A DNA stretch of 64,000 nt from Sedimentisphaerales bacterium (GTDB taxonomy: Bacteria > Planctomycetota > Phycisphaerae > Sedimentisphaerales > Anaerobacaceae), in contig OY970194.1 of assembly GCA_963708075.1 (NCBI GenBank), positions 3,488,001-3,552,000 of the forward strand, read 5' to 3'. This document shows, piece by piece, positions 9,350 to 19,404 of the stretch. Under the pieces are notes generated by a model. It was not told where the DNA came from and did no database searches. It saw only the letters and a list, made by a program, of their open reading frames with translations. The position numbers were made by a program, and so were the translations under genes. Within the stretch, counting starts at the first letter, position 1; each line of letters starts with the position of its first letter.

Positions 9350-10192
9350 TACTGTCCCGTTCCATACCAAACGTTTCTATTCGTACACGGAAAGCGACAC
9401 TGCTGTCCGCGTCCCATTCTGTCCAAGCCGTTGAACGGTCCCCGCCAGCCTGAAGAGGAACCGCTCCTGATCGGCATCCTTTGCAGAACCGGCCTCCCAA
9501 GCCGTGCCACGAATCGTCACGTGACAAACGGACCCTTCGCACTCCATGCGTACAGGTCTTGCTATGAATCAGACACTAAGCCAAACCCAGGCGGCGGTCA
9601 AGAGATGACTGCTACATTGAGGGATTAACGGGATGGGGGGCAAGTGTTTTGATTGCGGAGTGCGGATCGGTAGTCGGTAGCCAGTTGCCTTCCGATTGAT
9701 TATTGATGATTGTCGATTGATGATTATTGCGAAGCGCGTGTCCCCCTTCGTGTTCCTCGTGGTGAAGAAACCTGGATTCCTGCTCCTCGATCAGAGCCTG
9801 CCCTCGACTTGATCGAGGGTCGAGGACAAGCTTCGCGGGAATGACATGCCTGGCGCAAGAGGAATCGGTGTGCGGTGCACACCCTACAAAATCCGTGTGA
9901 ATCCGCGAAATCCGTGTCGGAGATATGCGGCGAAGGATGGTTCGGCCGTACGGGGCTGAGCATTTGGAGGCGGGGAATCGTAGGGGGAATCTTATCGAGA
10001 AAGAGCCGGAGGCTGATACAATGATGGAGATGTCCGTCGGCGGGCTTGGGCTTGGCTGTGAGACGGCAAGAGAAGGTGTGCGGTGCACACCCTACACGAA
10101 GAACAAGGGCAGGATGCCCTCGCCACGGTGCTCACCAGAGGACCGTGGTCAGCGTTATGAGGATTGGCCGGGGCGTTGGTGTGGCGTAGCTT

Positions 10193-11806
10193 ATGGAAAA
10201 ACACCTTTGGTGGCAAAAGGGCGTGATCTACCAGATCTATCCGATGTCGTTCGCGGATAGCAACGGGGATGGGCGCGGGGACCTGGCGGGGATCGCGGGC
10301 AAACTGGATTACCTCGAGTGGCTCGGCGTTAGCGCCATTTGGCTGTCCCCGGTCTTTCCATCGCCCATGGCGGACTGGGGGTACGATGTCAGCGATTACA
10401 CGGGGGTGCACCCGTGGTTCGGCACGATGACGGATTTCGACCGGCTGCTGCGGGCCTGCCACGATCGCGGCATGAAGCTGATCCTGGACTACGTGCCCAA
10501 CCATAGCTCGGACCAGCATCCGTGGTTTGTCGAATCCCGGTCGTCGCGGGACAATCCCAAGCGGGACTGGTACATCTGGCGTGACAAAAGCGAGGGGGGT
10601 GGGCCGCCGAATAACTGGCTCAGCTCCTTCGGCGGCGGGGCCTGGGAATGGGATAAATCGACCGGGCAGTACTACCTGCACAGCTTTTTGAAGGAGCAGC
10701 CGGACCTTAACTGGCGGAATCCCGAGGTCCGGCAGGCCATGCTCGATGTCCTGCGGTTCTGGCTCGATAAGGGCGTCGATGGGTTCCGCATCGATGCGCT
10801 GTGGCACGTGATGAAGGACGAGCAATTCCGGGATAACCCGCTGAACCCGCATTACGATCCCACGGAGGACCTGCCCTACCACCAGCTCATTCCCGTGTAT
10901 TCGGGCAATCAGGCGGAGGTGCACGATGTCGTGGCCATGATCCGCCAGGTGGCGGACCAGTACGACGAGCGGCTGCTGATTGGGGAGATCTATCTGCCCT
11001 TTGGGGAGCTGGTGGAATACTACGGGCCGGAGTTCGATACCGGGCTGCACCTTCCGTACAATTTTCACCTGATCCTGGCGCCGTGGAACGCGTTGCACGT
11101 GTTCGCGGGGGTCAATATGTACGAGGCGTCGCTGCCGCCGTTCGGCTGGCCGACGTGGGTGCTGGGCAACCATGATAAGCCGCGGGTGGCCAGCCGGATC
11201 GGGCCGGCTCAGGCGAAGATCGCGGCGATGCTGCTGCTGACCCTGCGCGGGACGCCCACGGTGTACTATGGCGATGAGATCGGGATGCGCGATGTGAAGG
11301 TGCCGCCGGAGCAGGCACAGGACCCGGTGGAGAAGGCGTTTCCGGGGCGGGGGTTCGGCCGTGATCCGGCACGCACGCCGATGCAGTGGAATGCCAAGCG
11401 ATATGCGGGATTCTCCACGACCCGGCCGTGGCTGCCTGTCGCCGGCGATTACGAGCAGGCGAACGTGGAGAAGCAGAAGCAGGAGGATGGCTCCATGCTC
11501 TTGTTCTACCGCCAGCTTCTGAAGTTCCGGCAGGAGGAGCCGGCGATGCAGATCGGGCGATACAGGCCGGCGGGGGAACACGCCAATATGCTCGCCTTCT
11601 TCCGGGAGCACGAGGGGACGCGGTTTCTCGTGGCCGTGAACCTTGCCGCTTCCAGCGGCGGGCTCGTGATCCCGCGACACATGAATGTGGCCGGCCAGGT
11701 GGTCCTGAGCACAAACAGCCGGCGGATCGGCGAGAAGATCGATCACCGCATCCGCCTCGGTCCCGACGAAGGCATCATCGCCAGGATGAACCCGCCCGCC
11801 GGGTAA
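10193..11806 (+). CDS. GH13 alpha-glucosidase / oligo-1,6-glucosidase
   Basis: WWQKGVIYQIYPMSFADSNGDG, DYVPNHSS, GVDGFRID, GNHD, GRDPARTPMQW. Confidence 0.95.
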   Translation: MEKHLWWQKGVIYQIYPMSFADSNGDGRGDLAGIAGKLDYLEWLGVSAIWLSPVFPSPMADWGYDVSDYTGVHPWFGTMTDFDRLLRACHDRGMKLILDYVPNHSSDQHPWFVESRSSRDNPKRDWYIWRDKSEGGGPPNNWLSSFGGGAWEWDKSTGQYYLHSFLKEQPDLNWRNPEVRQAMLDVLRFWLDKGVDGFRIDALWHVMKDEQFRDNPLNPHYDPTEDLPYHQLIPVYSGNQAEVHDVVAMIRQVADQYDERLLIGEIYLPFGELVEYYGPEFDTGLHLPYNFHLILAPWNALHVFAGVNMYEASLPPFGWPTWVLGNHDKPRVASRIGPAQAKIAAMLLLTLRGTPTVYYGDEIGMRDVKVPPEQAQDPVEKAFPGRGFGRDPARTPMQWNAKRYAGFSTTRPWLPVAGDYEQANVEKQKQEDGSMLLFYRQLLKFRQEEPAMQIGRYRPAGEHANMLAFFREHEGTRFLVAVNLAASSGGLVIPRHMNVAGQVVLSTNSRRIGEKIDHRIRLGPDEGIIARMNPPAG

Positions 11807-11838
11807 CATGCCCCTGCCCATCTTTCACCGGGTGTGGT

Positions 11839-11939
11839 GAATGGCGGTCCGTTAAGTGGGCCGCCATCTTGGGAATCCTCGTTTCTGACGTGAAAACGGG
11901 GATCAGCACAACAGGGGTCGCCTTAGCGGACCGCCATTC
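11839..11939. repeat. 101-bp MITE-like element, copy 1
   Basis: Terminal inverted repeat GAATGGCGGTCC; about 76/101 identical to the reverse complement of 38826-38926. Confidence 0.8.
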
Positions 11940-12069
11940 CTGGGTGTGGTCGCAATACCGTGGCAATCCATGCGGTTTCCGCAAGGCGGGAATCCCGCTC
12001 GCCGGATGCGGTCATCCACGTCCACCGAGATCCGGTCGCACCCGCCTCGTAGTACATCTGTTTTCGCAG

Positions 12070-12098
12070 TTGACTTCGCAGGGCAATTCGTCCATAAT
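12070..12098 (+). promoter_or_regulatory. sigma70 promoter of tRNA-Leu
   Basis: TTGACT-N17-CATAAT 8 nt upstream of the tRNA. Confidence 0.7.
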
Positions 12099-12106
12099 CG
12101 CCCCAG

Positions 12107-12192
12107 GCCGAAGTGGCGGAACTGGCAGACGCGCAGGATTCAAAATCCTGTCGGGCTTACACCCGGTGAGGGTTCGATTCCCTCCTTCGGCA
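12107..12192 (+). tRNA. tRNA-Leu(CAA)
   Basis: Acceptor stem GCCGAAG/CTTCGGC, anticodon arm CAGGA-TTCAAAA-TCCTG, long variable arm, GGTTCGATTCC T arm; CCA not encoded. Confidence 0.97.
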
Positions 12193-12250
12193 CTTTCCTT
12201 CTGTGGCCGCAGCGAGGGCAATCCATTGCGATGCGGCAGGAGGTCAGAGA

Positions 12251-12640
12251 ATGAGCCGGACAACCGCCTTATTATCGGTCATACTTGCGACATAAGCCGC
12301 CGTGAGGGGTCAACCGGTTTCCTTCCGCGATCCCGGTCTCAAAGCCGCCGTCGAGGCCCGGTTGCACATCACGAATCCCCAGCCGGCCGACATGCTCAAG
12401 CTGATGTACCTGGTCGCCCCGGAGGAGGGGATCTCGGACCTGACGGGCTTGGAGCACGCTGTGAATCTGGCCACGCTGAACCTCAGCACCAACTCCATCA
12501 GCGACCTATCCCCCCTGAAGGGGCTGGCCAACCTGACCCGGGCATATCTCAGCGAAAACGCCACCACCGACCCCTCCGCCCTGGCCGGATGCACGAAGCT
12601 GCAATACCTCGACCTCGGCTCTAACCAGATTGCCGACGCT
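12251..12640 (+). pseudogene. Internalin-like leucine-rich-repeat surface protein remnant
   Basis: ATG 12251 signal-like leader with in-frame TAA at 12293, then FRDPGLKAAV...ISDLTGLEHAVNLATLNLSTNSISDLSPLKGLANL; truncated by IS630 sequence. Confidence 0.8.
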
Positions 12641-13613
12641 GCCACGTGCGTAGCGTAGAGAACGTACGGCGACGGCTGGTGCTGGAGGGTTTGGCGGCTG
12701 CCCTACAACGCAAGAAGCAGGCCCAGCCCTCGCACCCGGCGAAACTCGACGGCCAGGGAGAGGCCCGGCTGATTGCCTTGGCGTGTAGCTCCCCGCCCGA
12801 AGGGCGAGAACCACTGGACCCTCAAGCTGTTGGCCGAACGTCTGGTTGCCCTGGAGGTGGTCGATTCGATCAGCGACCAGACGGTGCGACGCACGCTAAA
12901 AAAAATGAACTACGGCCGGACCTCCAGGACTGTTGGGTAATTGCGCCCGAGGCCGATGCGGAGTTCGTCGCGTGCATGGAGGATGTTTTGGATCTGTACG
13001 AACGCCCGTATGATCCGAAACACCCGGTGGTCGAGATGGATGAACAACCCGTGCAACTGGTGAAGGAAACTCGCCGGCCCCTGGCGGCGGAGCCGGGGCA
13101 CCCGCGACGGTAGGATCACGAGTATGAGCGGGCGGGCACGGCCTGTGTGTTTCTGTGGACCGAAGCTCTGCAGGGCTGGCGGCAGGTCAGCGTTCGTGTC
13201 CGGCGTACGGCGGTGGACTGGGCGCAGGAAGTGGCCGCATTGCTGGAGGGCCGCTATGCCCAAGCCGAGAAAGTGATCCTGATTTGTGACAATCTCAACA
13301 CCCATATGATCGCTTCGTTGTACAAGGCCTTCCCTCCCGAAAAGGCACGTCGCTTGGCCCAGCGACTGGAAATCCACTACACGCCCAAGCATGGCAGTTG
13401 GCTCAACATCGCCGAATGCGAATTGAGCGTCCTGACACGCCAATGCCTTCGGACCCGTACCCCGAGCCTTACGGCTCTGGTCCGCAAGGTGACTCCGTGG
13501 GCTCGGGACCGCAACGCTCGTCAACGTGGGGTAGACTGGCAATTCACGACAAACGACGCCCGTATCAAGCTCAGACGCCTTTACCCACAGGTGCAAATGT
13601 CATGAACCACTAG
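12636..13613 (+). mobile_element. IS630-family transposase remnant (5'-truncated, nonsense codon, A-run frameshift site)
   Basis: KLDGQGEARLIALACS, poly-A at 12898-12905, MDEQPVQL, CDNLNTH, HYTPKHGSWLNIAECE; TAG at 13111; ends ...CCACTAG. Confidence 0.9.
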
Positions 13614-14048
13614 TGTCGATCGCCCCCGTGGGGCGGACGGGCCGACGCAAGAGGACTGGAGCGAAGTCCAAGCCCGCAGGGCGATAGAGAATAGCCCAGC
13701 GATTTATCGCTGGGGAACCGGGGCCGAGGACAAAAGCCAGTCCCCTAAGGGACGAAAGAGGCGCTGTCCGCACACGGCGGCTACACGCCACCACCGAATT
13801 CCGACCACACCCCGCGCTGGCACAGGCCTCTATTGGGTCTGGGTGATAGGCTTGTTGTCCGATTGCCACCCAAGGAAGTGGCTTCTTTTGTGCTTGACAG
13901 GGGTTTCTGATGAGCACGATTTGACTGAAATGAAGGTGTGTGGTGACATTCTGGTGACATGAGCCCGACGAGATTTCATCGAATATCCCTGCCGTTGTGG
14001 GGACCGAGTCATGCGTTTGTAGGGCGCGATTTCGAGCTTCCCAGGAAG

Positions 14049-16583
14049 TCACGGCACTACAGTCTCGGTTACCCCGCTCTCGGCAGCGGAGTCGGGTGTG
14101 CGAGGTGAGGCTGTAACCGGCAGAGACCAGATATCCTCGCGGCCGTACCCGCCGGTGCGGGGCTCGGTCCATGTGTGGTCGCAGAAGTACAGTTCAGCAC
14201 CGTCTGAGGACAGGCTCGTGATGAAGGGCATCTTGGAGCCCGTGAGTACGGGGCCGAGATCAATGGGTTGTGACCAGGGGTTCGTCCTCGACTCTCGAAC
14301 CGCCACATACAACGATTCACCGACATCGGGCCGCTGAAGGAATAGAAGCAGTTCGTCAGCCGAGAGACATCTACGACCCTCCAACGCCGGGCTATTGACG
14401 GGCGGGGGCAGTGGCTCGGGGCAACCCGTCCATTCCCCGTGGGGCACGGGTCTGTCAACAAACCAGATATCCATCTCTCCCGGACCGCCCGGGCGCGTGG
14501 AAATCCAGTACAGGGTCAGTCCGTCAAACGATACCAAGGGAGCCCAATCATGGCCCGTTTCCGGATTGATGGGCACGGGAAGCTTGATCGGCGTCTGCCA
14601 TGAGTCACGCACCGAACTGCGCGTGGCCACATAGATATCGCCATGGTCGGTCGTGCCGCGGGAGAAGTAGAGTTCCAAGCCATCCGCCGAGATGCTGGGG
14701 AAACCTTCGAACTCGGGCGAGCACACCGGTGGACCGAGATTGGCAGGCTCGTACCACGAGCTGCTCGGGGAGTCTCTGGCCGCTATCCAGAGGTCGTGGC
14801 CGCCCTGTCCGCCGGGCCGGTCCGAGGCGAAATACAGGACCAGACCATCCGCGGAGATCGAGGGCGTCACATCGCTGTGAGGGCCGTTGACCATGGGGCC
14901 GGCGTTCACAGGCTTGCCGAAGAGCTCCTGAGGGTTCAGCCTCAGACTATGGCGCAGCAGATCGAGTTTCTCCTGGTTCGCCAGCGACAATCGCCTGCGT
15001 AGAAAGTAGTAGCGGGCCACGGAGGGGACAAGTCTTTCGGCCTCCTGACGATGTGCCTCAGCCTTCTGCCGGTACTGCTGCACCTGGGCTGAGTCGGTCC
15101 CCCTGATCTCGCCATAGGTCTTGGCCAGCAGGAAATGGGCGTGTCCAGCGATTTCATCAGCAGGGCCCACCAATTCTTCCAGTTGCGCAATGGCGGGTCT
15201 CAAATCCTGCAACTCCATCAGACATCGGGCGTGGAGCAATCTTGCCGCACGGCCAACATGATGGCTATCCAGAACCGGCTCCAGCTTCGCTTGTGCCAAG
15301 TTGAACTGGCGGTTGTCGAAAAGCCCGCGGGCCTCAGAGAACACCCGATTGTGATCAAGTGACTCGGCGCGCCGTTGAGCTTCTTTGGCCCATTGATACA
15401 TGCCCGCCCCGATCAGGATGCCTGCAAGAGTGACCACGACGGCGACAATCACAAGGGCTGCGAGACGGTGCCGGCGCAGGAGTTTGCCCGCCTGATACAG
15501 GATCGCCGGCGGCGCCGCGCTGACCGGCAGGTGGGCCAGATACCTGCGAATGTCCTCGGCGAAGGCGTCGACGGTCGGGTAGCGCCGGGCCCTGTCCTTC
15601 TCGATCGCCTTGAGCGTGATCCAGTCCAGATCGCCTGTGAGCTCTCGTCTGAGGCCCCGCAGGTCGGTTCGCCGGCACTGGGCCGTGAGCGATGACTCCT
15701 CGGCTGCACTATCTTCCAGCCTGGCACTGGGCGGCCTGGCATCCTCTTCGGTAAGAACCTTGCGGAGGGTTTCGATCCCGCCACCACGAAGCAACTGGGT
15801 CTCGTGGGGCAAAGAGCCGACGAGGAGTCGGTACAGAACCACTCCGAGCGAATACACGTCGCTGCGGATGTCGATGTCCTGACTTCCGAAGTTCGCCTGC
15901 TCCGGACTGATGTACTCCGGCGTGCCGACAATCTGCCCGGGCTCGCTGGTGAGCGTCTGTTCCATGAGCGATCGGGTCAAGGCACGCGCCACCCCGAAAT
16001 CAATCACCTTCGGCACAGTCTCATTGCCCTGTGCGACGGCAAGAAGATTGGAGGGTTTCAAATCGCGATGGATAATCCCTCTCTGATGGGCGTGCTGCAC
16101 AGCCTCGCATACGCGTAGAAACAACGTCAAACGTTCTTCGATGGTGAGCCTGTGCTCGTCGCAGTACTCCGTGATGGGAACTCCCGCAACATACTCCATG
16201 ACGAAGTACGGTCGGCCCGACGCGGTCAGGCCCCCATCGTAGACGCGGGCCACATGCGGATGATCCATCATCGCCAGGGCTTGCTGCTCGGCCTCGAAGC
16301 GGGCGATGACCCGCCGGGAATCCATACCCGGCTTGATCACTTTCAGGGCCACCCGTCGTTGGACCGGTTCATGCTGCTGAGCCAGGTAGACCACGCCCAT
16401 GCCGCCTTCACCGAGCACGCTGAGGATTTCATAGCGGCCGATTCTGGCCCCCGGCTTCTCCAGAAGAATATCGAGAGGATCGATACCCCCCGAACCTTCC
16501 TGGGGCGCGCGGGTCTCCAATCCGACGGACAACAGCCGCCGTAAACGGTCCGGATCCGATCCGAAGGTTGACGCGCTACCCAT
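14049..16583 (-). CDS. Membrane Ser/Thr protein kinase with helical linker and C-terminal PD40/TolB-like repeats
   Basis: LGEGGMGVV, ALK, HRDLKPSN, DFG, GTPEYISPEQ; TM segment; repeats PSISADGLVLYFASDRPGG. Confidence 0.93.
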   Translation of the reverse strand: MGSASTFGSDPDRLRRLLSVGLETRAPQEGSGGIDPLDILLEKPGARIGRYEILSVLGEGGMGVVYLAQQHEPVQRRVALKVIKPGMDSRRVIARFEAEQQALAMMDHPHVARVYDGGLTASGRPYFVMEYVAGVPITEYCDEHRLTIEERLTLFLRVCEAVQHAHQRGIIHRDLKPSNLLAVAQGNETVPKVIDFGVARALTRSLMEQTLTSEPGQIVGTPEYISPEQANFGSQDIDIRSDVYSLGVVLYRLLVGSLPHETQLLRGGGIETLRKVLTEEDARPPSARLEDSAAEESSLTAQCRRTDLRGLRRELTGDLDWITLKAIEKDRARRYPTVDAFAEDIRRYLAHLPVSAAPPAILYQAGKLLRRHRLAALVIVAVVVTLAGILIGAGMYQWAKEAQRRAESLDHNRVFSEARGLFDNRQFNLAQAKLEPVLDSHHVGRAARLLHARCLMELQDLRPAIAQLEELVGPADEIAGHAHFLLAKTYGEIRGTDSAQVQQYRQKAEAHRQEAERLVPSVARYYFLRRRLSLANQEKLDLLRHSLRLNPQELFGKPVNAGPMVNGPHSDVTPSISADGLVLYFASDRPGGQGGHDLWIAARDSPSSSWYEPANLGPPVCSPEFEGFPSISADGLELYFSRGTTDHGDIYVATRSSVRDSWQTPIKLPVPINPETGHDWAPLVSFDGLTLYWISTRPGGPGEMDIWFVDRPVPHGEWTGCPEPLPPPVNSPALEGRRCLSADELLLFLQRPDVGESLYVAVRESRTNPWSQPIDLGPVLTGSKMPFITSLSSDGAELYFCDHTWTEPRTGGYGREDIWSLPVTASPRTPDSAAESGVTETVVP

Positions 16584-16667
16584 GGCGGGACCCTTCCAGC
16601 AGAATGATCACGTCATTCCATGTGTGTACGTTGATGCTCCACATGGAAATCTCTTGTCTGATGGTAT

Positions 16668-16695
16668 ATCCAGAGAATCACGATGAATGCTGCGC
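16668..16695 (-). promoter_or_regulatory. Putative cognate ECF promoter, cassette 1, kinase side
   Basis: GCGCAGCA-N13-TCTGGAT overlapping the sigma stop; same motif at 17620-17646. Confidence 0.6.
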
Positions 16696-17451
16696 GCCTT
16701 CTCCCAGGAACTTCATCAACTCCTCCATTTCATCGCCGATCTGGTCATCCGTGAGCACGGTCCGACGAACGTGCTCTTTCAACGCTGCCTGAAAACGACG
16801 CTTGACCGTAACCGCCATGTTGGAGGCCTTCTTCTCGTCCTCAATCCCGTACCGTCCCTGCAATTCCGTCAGAGAGGCCGGGCGTGTGTTGCCCAAGATC
16901 GGCTCCACAACTCTCTCCTGGAAGACCTTCCAGTGAGTTTCCAATCCATCCCGCAGGCAGGAGGCTTCCACCTCCCGAAGGACTTCGTCCAGCAGACTGG
17001 CCAGCCAGGCATAGGTGTACGATTCCTCCGGATCAAGCGGGCCCGCGCTCTCGGGAATGGCGGCCGGATCGATCGTGTCGATCGGGACAAGCCCGCCCGG
17101 AGGAATCCGCTTCTGCGCCGACTGTCTTTCGTTCTCGTTGATCACGTACTGATTCAGCGCGTGCAGGAGAAAGGAGCGAAACTTGCCTTTGGCCTGGTCG
17201 GCTCGCTGCACGAGATTCTTGTTCAGTACGATCTCGTGAAAGAAACCTTGTGTCAGGTCCTTGGCCTGCTCATTGTGGTAGCCCTTGCGACGGAGGTAAC
17301 AGTACACCGGCTTCCAGTACTTCTCCAGCAGTGTTCCGATCAACGCACGATCCCGATCCTCCCTCTGGCGGATGCCCTGGATGAGTGACCACTGCGTCGT
17401 GAGGAACGCCTCCGTTGTGCCGCCCATGTCTGTCCGCTCAAACGATTGCAT
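16678..17451 (-). CDS. ECF-type sigma-70 factor, kinase-associated
   Basis: FLTTQWSLI, YWKPVYCYLRRKG, AKDLTQGFF, KGKFRSFL region-2 motifs; adjacent to a kinase. Confidence 0.85.
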   Translation of the reverse strand: MQSFERTDMGGTTEAFLTTQWSLIQGIRQREDRDRALIGTLLEKYWKPVYCYLRRKGYHNEQAKDLTQGFFHEIVLNKNLVQRADQAKGKFRSFLLHALNQYVINENERQSAQKRIPPGGLVPIDTIDPAAIPESAGPLDPEESYTYAWLASLLDEVLREVEASCLRDGLETHWKVFQERVVEPILGNTRPASLTELQGRYGIEDEKKASNMAVTVKRRFQAALKEHVRRTVLTDDQIGDEMEELMKFLGEGAQHSS

Positions 17452-17619
17452 TGGTCTGCCTTCATAGCACCGGATGGCTCGGTGGTTCGACGACTCCTGG
17501 AGCGGATTCTAAACCTGATTCGATGTATCTGCAAGCCATTCTCAGGAGTTACGAAGATGCCGTTTTCGGTCGAGCCATATGTTGCCTCCAAGATTCCTGG
17601 CGGGATTTTGCCGGAATGT

Positions 17620-17646
17620 GCGCAGCAAAGCGAATTTCTTCTGGAT
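17620..17646 (+). promoter_or_regulatory. Putative cognate ECF promoter, cassette 1, target side
   Basis: GCGCAGCA-N12-TCTGGAT about 65 nt upstream of the Kelch-LamG gene. Confidence 0.6.
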
Positions 17647-17709
17647 TAACAAGCGGAAGTGTGGTGAAAGCCCGGACCGATCGAAAATGAGGAGAAAGGA
17701 GAAACAACC

Positions 17710-19401
17710 ATGAGAACACAGAAGAGGGTATTCGCGGCGTCGGGAGTGGTCCTTATCCTGGCAGGCGTGTGTGCCATGCCCCGGGCGGCGGCAGGACAGG
17801 GGATCTGGGCGAAGAAGGCCGACCTGCCGACTCCTCGCTATATGATGTCCGCCTGTACGGTCGACGAAAGAATCTATGTGGTCGGGGGATTCTCTCCTGC
17901 CGGCTCCAGCCTGGGCATCATGGAAGTATATGATCCTGTCACAGATACGTGGGAACGCAGATCGAGTATGCCGACCCCACGGCCGTGCCTGGCTGCCTGT
18001 GCGGTGAATGGCTCCATCTATGCCATTGCCGGCGGTGCGTCGCCTTTCCTGGCCACCGTTGAAGTCTACGATCCGGCTACCGACACATGGCAAGTCAAAG
18101 CAAGCAGCCCCACCGCACGAAATGGTTGTGCAGCCTGTGCCGTGGATGGGATCATCTACGTGATCGGTGGATTGGTCAGTCCCACGACCCCCACTGCGGT
18201 GGTAGAAGCCTATGATCCCGCCACGAACCAATGGATGAGCAGGTCGAGCATGCCCAAGGCAGCGGGCGTGTTGTCGGCTTGTGTCGTCGATGGAATCATC
18301 TATACATTCGGCGGCGGATGGGGTGGCGCATCGGCTCTGCCGGACGTGTTCGCCTACGACCCCGGGACCGACACGTGGTCACGACGGGCCAACATGCCCA
18401 CCGCGAGATTTGGCTTGGCGGTTGGCGTGCTGGACGGGCGGATCTACGCGATGGGAGGCATGGCGTACGGCGGCGGTCCGGGCTTGGCGACCGTGCAGGT
18501 CTACGACCCCCGAATGGATACCTGGACCCAGGAGCCGGATATGCCCACGCCACGGAAGGGCTTGGCAGGTGAGGTGGCCGGCAGCTCAATCTATCTGTTC
18601 GGCGGAATCCAGACCCCCGCCTCCGTGGAGGCCTATGAACTCATACATCTTCCTCCCGATCTCAATGCCGACGGCAAGGTGGACACCGCGGACCTCCTGC
18701 GTCTGATCGAAGCATGGGGAAAGGACGATCCGTGGGCCGACATCGCGCCGGAAGGCGGCGATGGCGTGGTGGACAAACTGGATCTGGAGTTCCTGATGGA
18801 GTACTGGGGTCAACAGGTGAACGATCCCACGCTGTTGGCGCATTGGGCCCTGGATGAAGAGAGCGGGGCAAATGCTGTCGATTCGGTTCACGGGCATCTC
18901 GCTTCGGTGCTCGGCGGTGCGCTATGGCGGCCCGACGCCGGCAAAGTCGGCGGAGCCCTCCAGGGTGATGGCATCGATGATTTTGTCCTCACAGGTTTCA
19001 CACTGAATCCCGCGGACGGCCCCTTCAGTGCCATCGTCTGGATCCAGGGGCGTGCGCCGGGCCGGGTCATCCTCTCGCAGAAGGGCGGGGCCAACTGGCT
19101 CCTGGTGGCTCCGGACGGGAAATTGATGACCGAGTTGAAGGGACCGGGTCGCAACGGCAAGTCACTGACATCTCCTGCTGTCGTCACCGACGATGCCTGG
19201 CACCGCGTGGCTTTCGTTTGGGATGGCTCAAACCGGATCCTGTATGTTGATGGCGTAGAGGTGGCGAGAGATACACAGGCGAATCTCGCGGCGTCTGCCG
19301 GCGGTCTGTACCTCGGCGTCGGCAGCACGCTCGCCCCCGGTTCCTATTGGTCCGGCCTGATCGACGATGTGAGGATCTACGATCGGGCCGTGGCTCCATA
19401 G
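17710..19401 (+). CDS. Secreted Kelch-repeat + dockerin/EF-hand-like + LamG protein
   Basis: Signal peptide; six Kelch repeats (IYVVGG...EVYDPVTDTW); DLNADGKVD...DGVVDKLDL; LamG ending GLIDDVRIYDRA. Confidence 0.9.
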   Translation: MRTQKRVFAASGVVLILAGVCAMPRAAAGQGIWAKKADLPTPRYMMSACTVDERIYVVGGFSPAGSSLGIMEVYDPVTDTWERRSSMPTPRPCLAACAVNGSIYAIAGGASPFLATVEVYDPATDTWQVKASSPTARNGCAACAVDGIIYVIGGLVSPTTPTAVVEAYDPATNQWMSRSSMPKAAGVLSACVVDGIIYTFGGGWGGASALPDVFAYDPGTDTWSRRANMPTARFGLAVGVLDGRIYAMGGMAYGGGPGLATVQVYDPRMDTWTQEPDMPTPRKGLAGEVAGSSIYLFGGIQTPASVEAYELIHLPPDLNADGKVDTADLLRLIEAWGKDDPWADIAPEGGDGVVDKLDLEFLMEYWGQQVNDPTLLAHWALDEESGANAVDSVHGHLASVLGGALWRPDAGKVGGALQGDGIDDFVLTGFTLNPADGPFSAIVWIQGRAPGRVILSQKGGANWLLVAPDGKLMTELKGPGRNGKSLTSPAVVTDDAWHRVAFVWDGSNRILYVDGVEVARDTQANLAASAGGLYLGVGSTLAPGSYWSGLIDDVRIYDRAVAP

Positions 19402-19404
19402 ATT

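Noticed and set aside
9480..9520. sigma54 promoter upstream of the Rh gene (TGGCACGGCTTGG on the minus strand)
   Set aside because: The GG-N10-GC spacing is not met
9992..11821. 609-aa antisense ORF, and similar long shadow ORFs (27948-29504, 46083-48446, 52422-54059, 54424-55677, 62741-63970)
   Set aside because: They lie opposite well-supported genes, have no recognisable motifs, and are expected in high-GC DNA
11839..11939. Integron attC site
   Set aside because: Lacks the RYYYAAC/GTTRRRY core sites at its ends and there is no integron integrase
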